NCBI GenBank assembly: GCA_963805855.1
Contig: CAWDVW010000007.1
Location: 320,001 to 384,000, forward strand
DNA length: 64,000 nucleotides
Direction: 5' to 3'
DNA from: Candidatus Dadabacteria bacterium
Lineage (GTDB): Bacteria > Desulfobacterota_D > UBA1144 > Nemesobacterales > CSP1-2
A program made the position numbers and the translations under genes. This document shows, piece by piece, positions 55,719 through 64,000 of this stretch; position 1 is the first letter of the stretch, and each line of letters starts with the position of its first letter. The notes under the pieces are model-generated. The model had not been told where the DNA came from and did no database searches. It was given only the letters and a program-made list of their open reading frames with translations.

Positions 55719-56979
55719 GCCGTTTGATTGCGTCAAGTCCACGCCCGTAATTTCCTCCAGTCTCGCAATTGCCTTGTGATACTGTGCTAGCTGTCTGTAG
55801 TATTCAATTTCGAAGTTGAAAAGGGTCGTAAGGTTATTCAGGAGCGTGAGAAAATCTATGTCCCCGACCTGATAGCCAGATATCGCCGAATTAAGGGATA
55901 GATTTGATTGAGGTATGATGCCATCCCTGTACAGGTCGATAAGATTCTCTGACGTTTTGGCGGAGAGGTAATTATCATTTATCATGAACAAGACGTCTTG
56001 CTTTTCACTAGAGTATTCTGCCCTTGCTGCACTCAATTCTAGAGCTGCTTCCTGAACACCAAACCTCTGTTTACGCCAAAAATAGAGGGGCACTCTTAAA
56101 CCCACGTCTACTTCCCGATACCCTGGATTCCGCCACCCATCATGCCCATAATTCCCGGTGAAACACCTATGGAGAAGTCGGGATAGTATTGTTTCTTGGC
56201 CAGGTTTAGCGCTTCCGTTTCACTCTCCACAATCTTTTCTCTCATTTTCAGGATAGGAGAGTTATCTTCAATCAGTTTATAAAGATCCTTTGCCGTTAAG
56301 TTTAGGGCTGGTTTCTCTAAATCTTCCGGGGCCCCTAACGTATCCACAGGGGGCCGATTGAGAATACTGTTTATCTTTGATTCAATAACCCCTTTTTGCT
56401 GTCGGAGAATCTCAAGCTGTTCGATAAATTTAGAGACCTCTACCTGCGCCCTTATGACATCCTGCTGAATCCCAAGTCCCACCTCGTACTTCGCCTCAGA
56501 AATCTTAAGAAATTTCTCTGATAGCTCCTTATTCTTTTGCGTGATTTCGATTGACTTAACAATCAGGTACCAGTCATAATACGCCTGCTTAAGATCCGCT
56601 GTTACCTTCCTTAAAACCGCTTCGTAAGATTGCTCTTGTGCTTCAGCCTTTTGTTTGGCGACCTTTTCTTTGAGGGAAAGCTTTCCGGGAAATGGTAGTT
56701 CTTGAGTAAATGGAAACCGTAACATACTATTGCCGAATTCATTGAGGGTTATACGGTCAAATTCCACGTTTTGCCACCTGACTCCAATAGTTGGGTCAGG
56801 CAACGAGCCTTCCTGCGAAGGCCGCTTGGTAGACGCTTCCCACCGAGCCCTCGCAGCTTTTATGTCGGGGTTGTTTGAAGGGCCTCTTCTACAAGTGATT
56901 CTAGCCTTACAGGTTGATTTGCGTGAGAATTGGCTCCTAAAAAAACCGTAACAATTATCATTCCTAAGAAAATTTTCAT
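55701..56979 (-). pseudogene. TolC/CusC-like outer membrane factor, frameshifted
   Basis: MKIFLG signal peptide at 56979 with GGAGG RBS; LPDPT, QELPFPGKL, YYPDF and YQVGDIDFLTLL in successive frames. Confidence 0.85.
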
Positions 56980-57262
56980 CTTAACCTCCCTAGTCAAAAA
57001 CTCTCGACCTTAAACAATTAATCAAATATACGCCAAACAAAGCATGCTTATCAACGTCGATATGATATTTTATTATTAAGCATAATCTCTTACCCCTAAT
57101 TTTTTAAGGTTTCACAAAGAATCCTTTCCATACTATTTTTCAAATCTGAATTACAAATCTGTTATTTTGGAGCGCCTCTGTAGGGGTTTCTTATTGCGGA
57201 AGAAATGCAGTGCCACGCATTTGCCGCAACTCTCCTGTACAGAGGAAGTGTAGAGGTCAGAA

Positions 57263-57658
57263 TTAAAGTAAAAGGGAAGAGTTTGAAACGTATAAATCTG
57301 GTGGGTCGTGCTCTCTTACACTGATACTCAAGCTTGACTTACGACATTTATTTATTTCAGGGCTCGTATTGTTTACGAATGAAACATCTAATCTTAGATC
57401 TTTGAACGCTAGATGGTCATTCTGCGGAGCATTAGGAAGTGATTCAAAACAGCACCTAAAAGCCCCGTGATTCATAACATGTTCGTTTAAATAATAATCA
57501 GAAGCATCGCTCTTGTGTTGATTTTGAGCATGAACTTCCGTCTTCATGGAATGGCAATTCGAGTTACTTGAGGGAACTGAAGCATAGACCGATGTTGAAC
57601 CGAAGCCCGAGTAGCATGCAAGTAAAGTCAGAACCAAAACCAGGTTTAGATTCTTCAT
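57263..57658 (-). CDS. Small exported ORF upstream of cusCBA (CC ... HDPP; loosely DUF2946-like)
   Basis: Signal peptide, His/Cys/Met content, C-terminal REHDPPDLYVSNSSLLL; promoter TTGACA-17-TATATT at 57696-57668. Confidence 0.65.
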   Translation of the reverse strand: MKNLNLVLVLTLLACYSGFGSTSVYASVPSSNSNCHSMKTEVHAQNQHKSDASDYYLNEHVMNHGAFRCCFESLPNAPQNDHLAFKDLRLDVSFVNNTSPEINKCRKSSLSISVREHDPPDLYVSNSSLLL

Positions 57659-57700
57659 CTGTATCAAAATATATTATTGAAAATTGCGATTGTCAAGGTC

Positions 57701-58297
57701 AATGAAACTTCCTGCGGCAAGCTGCAGGGTATCATAATAGAAACTGAATGTCTTAGATCTCATTGCAAGAGACTCGAAAAGTCTCGAAGCAATCTCCCTC
57801 GAAATTGGCAGAGCCCTTAGTTATGCATCACATTTTAGGTTTAATCTAGCAGATTGCTTCGCCAGTCTTTCGCTGCGCTCCGGCTTAGGCTCGCAATTGT
57901 AAATGTTAGATATTTCGTGGACAAAATCCTAACAAGAATAAATTTCCTGGAAATTTGCTTATCCGTCATCCTCGAATGTTTTAATCGGGGATCCATTGTT
58001 TAATCTTTCATTTTCTTTGTCTTGATACAAAGAAACAAAAATCAAGGGCTTACAAAAAACGCTTGCGTATCGAGCGAATGCGAGATATCTATTGCTATAA
58101 TTAATTAGTTCTCTCAGTCACTTTGCTCCTTCGAGATGACAGTAATGATTGTCACTTTTCTTAACGCTTCCGGAATTGATTTTGGCAATTTTTTGAATGC
58201 CCGTTTAAGAACTAAGATACTGTCCTCGAATTACGTAACATCTACAGCAATGACAGGGAAGGGGGGACCCTGTAGCAAGCTACAGGAAATTCACTGG
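57701..58297. repeat. Cluster of REP/MITE-like palindromes at the right edge of the metal island
   Basis: CCTGYRGCAAGCTRCAGG at 57711 and 58269; TCATTGCAAG...GAAGCAATCT / AGATTGCTTC...CTCGCAAT pair; GTCATCCTCGAA...TCGGGGATCCA; TTCTTTGTCTTGATACAAAGAA. Confidence 0.7.
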
Positions 58298-58432
58298 CTA
58301 AAGTTGGATATTACCGATGGGAGGAGGAGTAATTATCATCTGGAACTTTCGATGCCCCCATGTAAATGTCTTGAAACTCTCAAGCTATAAATAATTTCAT
58401 ATGATGTTAATATAAGCCTAGATGAAATAATC

Positions 58433-60610
58433 ATGAGCAAGTTGATAATAGCTTCAAACAGATTGCCCATAACGATTACTAAGAGAAAGGGGAAATTTAA
58501 GGTTCAATCAAGTACCGGCGGTCTGGTAACAGCATTAGGCGGATTAGAGGATTCTCAACGGCACGTATGGATAGGATGGCCGGGCATTTCTATGAGTCCT
58601 TCTAATCCCGAAGCAAACGATATAAAGGCCTTATTGGAACCCGAGGATTATCACCCGGTTTTTCTCTCCAGACACGACATTGATGATTATTATCACGGTT
58701 TTTGTAACGAAACGATTTGGCCTCTTTTTCACTACTTTGTCCAGTTTGCCGTGTATGATAAGGATTATTGGAAAGCCTATAAAAGGGTGAATGAGGCATT
58801 CTGTGATGAGATAATGGAGATAGCTGGGCCGGAGGACGTTATCTGGATACATGATTACCATCTTATGATTCTGCCTAAGCTCTTAAAGGAAAAGTTGCCA
58901 GGGGCAAAAATTGGATTCTTTTTGCATATACCGTTTCCGTCTTCCGAAATCTTCCGCTTGATTCCCTGGTGCAAGGATATCATAGAAGGCCTTCTCGGGG
59001 CTGACTTAATAGGGTTTCACACCTTTGATTACGTCAGGCATTTTCTAGAAAGCGTCCGACGTATATTGGGATACGAGCATGCGCTTGGTCAAATCACGGT
59101 GCATTCCCGTGCTGTAAAGGTTGATGCCTTTCCAATGGGGGTGGACTACGAAAAATTTTCAAGCGCCGTTCACAATCCGGATGTTCAAAAGAGAGTTAGA
59201 AGTCTGCGGCAGGAAATAGGCGAGGAGTTTAACATAATCCTATCGATTGATAGGCTTGATTATACGAAAGGAATTCCTCAAAGGCTGGAAGCATTCGATC
59301 TCTTTTTGAAACGAAACCCCGGCTACAAGGGCAAGGCGATATTAATATTGGTCGCAGTACCGTCCCGCACAGAGGTTAAGCGTTACAAAATATTAAAACA
59401 ACAGGTAGACAATCTCGTTGGAGATATAAATGGTCGACATGGCAAAATTGGCTGGATTCCTATTTGGTATTTGTATCGGTCATTCCGATTTAACGACCTC
59501 GCAGCCCTATACTCTATTTCCGATGTTATTTTTGTTACGCCCCTGAGGGATGGTATGAACTTAATTGCTAAGGAGTATGTTGCAACTAAAAATGATGGAA
59601 ATGGAGTACTCATACTGGGAGAAATGGCTGGAACGGCAAAGGAGTTAATCGAGGCCATTATCATAAATCCAAATGATGTAGAAGCAACAGCAGATTCTCT
59701 GAAAGTCGCATTAGAAATGCCTACTGACGAACGGGCTAGTCGAATGGAAACTATGAGACTCAGACTTAAGCGTTACGATGTCAGAAGGTGGGTAAGCGAT
59801 TTTATGGAAAAGCTCGATCATATCACGGATGTTCAGAAGCAGATGAAATCAAGAGTATTATCACCGGATTTTAGAAGGAAAATAACAGAAGGGTATTCAG
59901 AGGCTCAAAATCGCTTATTCTTGCTGGACTATGACGGCACATTGATGCCATTCAATGAAAACCCAGAAAGGGTAGAGCCAGACCATGATCTAGTTGAGAC
60001 ACTGACGTCTCTGGTTTCCAGGCAAAATAATCAATTGGTCGTTATTAGTGGTCGGGGCAGAAAAACCTTAGAGGGATGGGTTGATAAATTAACCGATGGC
60101 TTAGTCGCAGAACACGGGGTATGGATTAAGGACGAAGAGTGGAAAGCTATCGAAAACCTCTCGGATGAATGGAAGAAAGACATCAGGCCGATACTCGAAA
60201 CTTATGTCGATAGGACTCCGGGCTCATTTATTGAAGAGAAGGATTATTCTCTAGTCTGGCATTTTAGAAAAGTCGATCCGGCATTGGCCATGGTTAGGGT
60301 AGGGGAGTTAAAGGAAATTCTTTTACATATAACTGGAAGCTTTAATGTAGGGGTTCTCGAGGGTAACAAGGTGATTGAGATCAAGAATGCTGAGGTAAAT
60401 AAGGGTAGGGCGGCGCGGTATTGGCTTTCTAAGGCGAAATGGGATTTTATATTATCGATTGGCGATGATTCCACAGATGAAGATATCTTTGAGGCGCTCC
60501 CAGATTGGGCATATTCGATTAAAGTCGGCTTAGGCCCATCAAAGGCAAGATTTACTATCCCTTCCTTTATCGAAGTGAGAGAGCTACTAAAGGAATTGGC
60601 AGTCGTGTGA
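58433..60610 (+). CDS. Bifunctional trehalose-6-phosphate synthase/phosphatase (OtsA-OtsB fusion)
   Basis: SNRLP, WIHDYHL, DRLDYTKG, RDGMNLIAKEY; HAD motifs LDYDGTL and GDDSTDE. Confidence 0.96.
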   Translation: MSKLIIASNRLPITITKRKGKFKVQSSTGGLVTALGGLEDSQRHVWIGWPGISMSPSNPEANDIKALLEPEDYHPVFLSRHDIDDYYHGFCNETIWPLFHYFVQFAVYDKDYWKAYKRVNEAFCDEIMEIAGPEDVIWIHDYHLMILPKLLKEKLPGAKIGFFLHIPFPSSEIFRLIPWCKDIIEGLLGADLIGFHTFDYVRHFLESVRRILGYEHALGQITVHSRAVKVDAFPMGVDYEKFSSAVHNPDVQKRVRSLRQEIGEEFNIILSIDRLDYTKGIPQRLEAFDLFLKRNPGYKGKAILILVAVPSRTEVKRYKILKQQVDNLVGDINGRHGKIGWIPIWYLYRSFRFNDLAALYSISDVIFVTPLRDGMNLIAKEYVATKNDGNGVLILGEMAGTAKELIEAIIINPNDVEATADSLKVALEMPTDERASRMETMRLRLKRYDVRRWVSDFMEKLDHITDVQKQMKSRVLSPDFRRKITEGYSEAQNRLFLLDYDGTLMPFNENPERVEPDHDLVETLTSLVSRQNNQLVVISGRGRKTLEGWVDKLTDGLVAEHGVWIKDEEWKAIENLSDEWKKDIRPILETYVDRTPGSFIEEKDYSLVWHFRKVDPALAMVRVGELKEILLHITGSFNVGVLEGNKVIEIKNAEVNKGRAARYWLSKAKWDFILSIGDDSTDEDIFEALPDWAYSIKVGLGPSKARFTIPSFIEVRELLKELAVV

Positions 60611-60745
60611 TCCTCGGTGTTGTGAATAGCTGTTCGATTCTCTGTAATAAAAAAATGTGTCTTTTGTCTTATCTTCGGACATATTTGTTGTAAAAGTTAA
60701 GAGTTAATCATAAAATTGTGCATTGTTTAGGACGTTTACAAGCTA

Positions 60746-60774
60746 TTGACATAATAGTCCATATCCTCTAAAAT
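60746..60774 (+). promoter_or_regulatory. Near-consensus sigma70 promoter of the radical SAM gene
   Basis: TTGACA, 17 nt, TAAAAT; AAGGAGG RBS before ATG 60813. Confidence 0.75.
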
Positions 60775-60812
60775 TGATGTTAATTTAAAAGACAAAACAA
60801 GGAGGGTATATA

Positions 60813-62723
60813 ATGGATTTAATTAGAATGCTGGAAAAGACATTGAGTACATCTTCTAATTTAACTTGGAAGGGCTTGAAGGCTGTAAATGAATTTATGC
60901 CTGCTAAACCCTTTCAGCCAAACTGGGCACATGCACCGCTACCTAAATCACAAAAGAGAACTAAGCCCCCTCTTGGATTGCCTAGGGAAACCGATTCTCT
61001 TTGCCCGAAATGTGTGAGAGAATTGAGGGATGATATACAAGCAGACCGTATAAACTGGCAGGATGTGATAAAAACCAATCCAGGAATGATAACAGCTCGT
61101 ATCTACGAGGATGATGGAAAGGTTCTGATGGAAAAAACCTGCGAAAGACATGGACGATGTGAAGATTTAATCGCTATTGATAAAGACTTTTTCTTACATA
61201 TGGAATCACTATTTATGGGCGATGACATGCCAATTCCCGAAAATATGCTTCGCAACCATGGTGCTTCATCAATTAAATACAGCCGGGGAGCCTGCCTCAA
61301 TGTAGACCTCACAAATCGTTGTAACATGATGTGTAGGCCCTGCTACATGGACGCAAACCAGGTTGGATATGTACATGAACTTACAATTGACGACGTTAGA
61401 AAAATTTTGACAGACGCCGCAAATTTTAAACCAAGACGGCAGACAGCCGTAATGTTTGCGGGTGGCGAACCCACCATTTCGCCTATTTTTCTTGAGTCAT
61501 GCAAGATCGCAAGGGAACTCGGATTCTTTTCCGTCCAAGCCGCGACAAATGGTTTGAGATTTGCCCTTGAGCCGGGTTTTGCTGAAAAAGCAAAGGAGGC
61601 CGGCTTACGAATAGCTTATCTTCAGTTTGACGGCGTTAGTAATCAAGCGCATGCTCATAGAAAAATTGCTAACCTTTTCGATGTAAGGCAAAGAATTATA
61701 GAGAATTGCCGTAAAGCAGGAATAAATGTCATGATAGTTCCAACCATTGTTAACACGGTCAATAATGACCAGGTTGGACCGATACTCGATTTCGCAATCA
61801 ATAATGTTGGAACGATTGCGGGGATAGCCTTTCAGCCTGTGTCATTTACCGGGAGAGACGATGACATACCCGATGATCAGAGGAGAAGAGAGAGGTACAC
61901 GACTTCTCACCTGGCTCACGAGATTTCAAAATATACGGACGGAGTTATAGACCCGATGAGGGACTGGTTTCCCCTTTCGGCGCTTGCGCCATTTGCAGAT
62001 GCTGTAGACCTAACCAGGGGTATGGACGATTCCTGGGGCTCAATGAAATGTGGATGCCATCCAAACTGTGGTGCTGGTTTTGTTCTATTGGTTAATAAGC
62101 AAACCAAGGAAGTTGTTCCGGTGACAAAGATCATTAATTTCAAACAGTTGTTAAAAGACATGCTTGATATAGCAGATAATTATCGCGGTCCCAAGTGGGC
62201 AATGGCGCAAATGGGTCTATCTCTCATGAGGAACTACAAGCCTGATGAAGCTCCCAAGGGATTAGACTTCCGTAAGCTCGTAAATATCTTCCTTGAGCAA
62301 TCGGGCGCTAAAAACTTTGGATCGCCGACCAATCCTGAATTCGATTGGGGTATTATGTTTATTGCAGCGATGTGGTTTCAGGATGTATATAATTATGACT
62401 TCAGACGAACTGAAAGGTGTGTAATACCGTACGGAACTCAGATGGGAGAAATTTCCTTCTGTGCGTATAATACAGGAATCGGGTGGAGGTGGATTGTAGA
62501 AAAGGAATTCCAGAATGCAACAACAAAAGAGTGGTTTAAGGAAAAAGGAAGGCACCCAATCTATGCGAACCAGAAACCAATAGATCTTCCTGAATACGAA
62601 ACACCCGTTGACTTAAACGGGAATCCGGTACAATGGAAGGGAAGGTTGTCAAAGGTTAAATCGCCGGAATCCATAAATGGAAAAGACAAAGCAGTGGAAG
62701 AGGGTGTATCGGTTACTACATAA
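60813..62723 (+). CDS. Radical SAM protein homologous to tetraether lipid synthase Tes/GDGT-MAS (MJ0619 family)
   Basis: SLCPKC...KTCERHG, DLTNRCNMMCRPC, GGEPT, AYLQFDG, FQPVSFTGR, CHPNCG, MWFQDVYNYD..R..RC...FCAYN. Confidence 0.82.
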   Translation: MDLIRMLEKTLSTSSNLTWKGLKAVNEFMPAKPFQPNWAHAPLPKSQKRTKPPLGLPRETDSLCPKCVRELRDDIQADRINWQDVIKTNPGMITARIYEDDGKVLMEKTCERHGRCEDLIAIDKDFFLHMESLFMGDDMPIPENMLRNHGASSIKYSRGACLNVDLTNRCNMMCRPCYMDANQVGYVHELTIDDVRKILTDAANFKPRRQTAVMFAGGEPTISPIFLESCKIARELGFFSVQAATNGLRFALEPGFAEKAKEAGLRIAYLQFDGVSNQAHAHRKIANLFDVRQRIIENCRKAGINVMIVPTIVNTVNNDQVGPILDFAINNVGTIAGIAFQPVSFTGRDDDIPDDQRRRERYTTSHLAHEISKYTDGVIDPMRDWFPLSALAPFADAVDLTRGMDDSWGSMKCGCHPNCGAGFVLLVNKQTKEVVPVTKIINFKQLLKDMLDIADNYRGPKWAMAQMGLSLMRNYKPDEAPKGLDFRKLVNIFLEQSGAKNFGSPTNPEFDWGIMFIAAMWFQDVYNYDFRRTERCVIPYGTQMGEISFCAYNTGIGWRWIVEKEFQNATTKEWFKEKGRHPIYANQKPIDLPEYETPVDLNGNPVQWKGRLSKVKSPESINGKDKAVEEGVSVTT

Positions 62724-62729
62724 TGTAAA

Positions 62730-62768
62730 AAATGGGGACAGACACTTATTAATAAGTGCCTGTCCCTG
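62730..62768. repeat. REP-like hairpin or possible terminator between convergent genes
   Basis: GGGACAGACACTTATT-AATAAGTGCCTGTCCC inverted repeat. Confidence 0.65.
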
Positions 62769-62894
62769 ATTCATTAGTTTGATTTTCCTCCGCTACCACT
62801 AAAACTCGCGTTTCGACACATTTCATTCCCCATCAATAGTCGTTTTTACATATTGCATCGTCCATTTGAAAAATAACGGTGGAATATAGGGCTA

Positions 62895-63239
62895 TTAATA
62901 TCCAAAAAATACGGACGCTCCGATAAATCCGGGGATGACATAGAAGAGTGGCACATAATTTCCGTAGGCTTTACCGTAGTAATGACGTGAATGATAATCA
63001 TGGTTCCTGTGGTGGCCATGTCGATTAAAACGACCGTAATGATTTTCTTGATTATTTTGGTGCCAATGACCCTTATGATGTCCTGGGTTTCCATCGTGGC
63101 CTTTGTAGCTATGATCAGCACGATGTTCATACCTTCCCCTATGGTTTTTATGCCCGTCTGAGGATTTGGCTGCACCAATGTTCGTCGCGGCTAAGGAAAA
63201 TATCAACATAAGTATCGGCACGATAAAAAGTCTGTTCAT
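62895..63239 (-). CDS. Small secreted His/Gly/Arg-rich protein
   Basis: Signal peptide, H-rich low-complexity core, hydrophobic tail; AAGGAG RBS. Confidence 0.7.
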   Translation of the reverse strand: MNRLFIVPILMLIFSLAATNIGAAKSSDGHKNHRGRYEHRADHSYKGHDGNPGHHKGHWHQNNQENHYGRFNRHGHHRNHDYHSRHYYGKAYGNYVPLFYVIPGFIGASVFFGY

Positions 63240-63569
63240 GTTCTTTCTCCTTTTCGTACGTTTTTGCTGATATTAACCCTATTTTATTCATAAGGTTTCA
63301 ACGGTGCTCCACTTAATTTAGCTGCAGAGGAAAGTAGCTTTGATATAAACGAACTTATTGTTCTGAATTGATGATTTAACTAGTGAATTTCCTGTAGCTT
63401 GCTGCAGGGAGTTTCATTCAAAAGACATTCTAAAAGGTAATTTTGATGAAGCCGAGTATGTTCTTATAAGTATTGGTTGTCGCCGGGAGTGGGTCTGAGT
63501 TTTCGAGGATGGTTTAAATCGGAAGGATAACCGCATCGGCTATCCTTCTCAATTATCTCATGTGTATCT

Positions 63570-64000
63570 TCAAACAGCCTGTTTTAATTTTTCCTTAACT
63601 TTTCGTTCTAATGAATCCTTATACTCCTCAATGTCTATTTTGATCCTTGCTACTCCGGTTTGAATCGCAGCCTGGGCTACTGCGACTGATTCCCAAACAA
63701 GGACCCTCGGATCAAATGGCTTTGGCACTATGTATTCGGGCCCGAAGTCGAAATGCGTTTCGCCATAGGCTTTTGCCACCGTATGGTCTGCTCCCTTTTT
63801 TGCAAGGTCTGCTAACGCATGTGACGCAGCGATCTTCATTTCTTCATTAATGGCCCTGGATCTTACATCTAGTGCGCCACGAAAGATGAATGGAAAGCCA
63901 AGTACATTATTTACCTGATTTGGATAATCTGATCTGCCCGTGGCCATGATGATATCCTTCCTTGCGTCTTTTGCGTCTTCGTATGAAATCTCTGGATCTG
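63570..64000 (-). CDS. NAD(P)-dependent malic enzyme, 3' end (partial; no PTA fusion)
   Basis: PDPEI...[37 protein letters not shown]. Confidence 0.92.
   Translation of the reverse strand, partial: DPEISYEDAKDARKDIIMATGRSDYPNQVNNVLGFPFIFRGALDVRSRAINEEMKIAASHALADLAKKGADHTVAKAYGETHFDFGPEYIVPKPFDPRVLVWESVAVAQAAIQTGVARIKIDIEEYKDSLERKVKEKLKQAV

Noticed and set aside
1-64000. CRISPR-Cas, retron/RT, prophage or integrase systems
   Set aside because: No regularly spaced repeats and no cas, RT (YADD), integrase or phage structural motifs among the ORFs

Overview
Bacterial chromosomal window. The core proteins look delta-proteobacterial/Desulfobacterota-like, possibly Dadabacteria (low-confidence impression). 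1-17.9 kb holds the tuf(3')-rpmG-[inserted surface-protein gene]-tRNA-Trp-secE-nusG-rplKAJL-rpoBC cluster followed by valS. 18-35 kb holds purLF, a TPR + Cys-rich purple-acid-phosphatase pair, mnmA-mtaB, a metallophosphoesterase, an AAA+/vWA pair, an ECF sigma/zinc anti-sigma pair and ccmH/tlpA. About 35-58 kb is an accessory, partly decayed heavy-metal island: CDF transporter, arsR-arsM-arsC, a His/Asp-repeat lipoprotein, a merR pseudogene, cusRS-like genes, a B12 radical SAM gene behind a Cus box, a Spy-like protein, a copB remnant, cytochrome c, a NosL-like protein, galT and frameshifted cusCBA with an upstream ORF. 58-64 kb holds a trehalose TPS/TPP fusion, a bacterial tetraether-lipid-synthase (Tes)-like radical SAM enzyme, a His-rich small protein and a malic enzyme 3' end. 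The best leads are the Tes homolog, two unannotated ~230-260 nt intergenic sequences that fold into multi-stem RNAs on the + strand (one resembles an orphan IS110 bridge/seek-RNA end), a possibly metal-regulated B12 radical SAM gene, a HDPP-ending leader ORF before cusCBA, and several REP/micro-insertion families. No CRISPR array, reverse transcriptase, integrase or intact transposase is visible.
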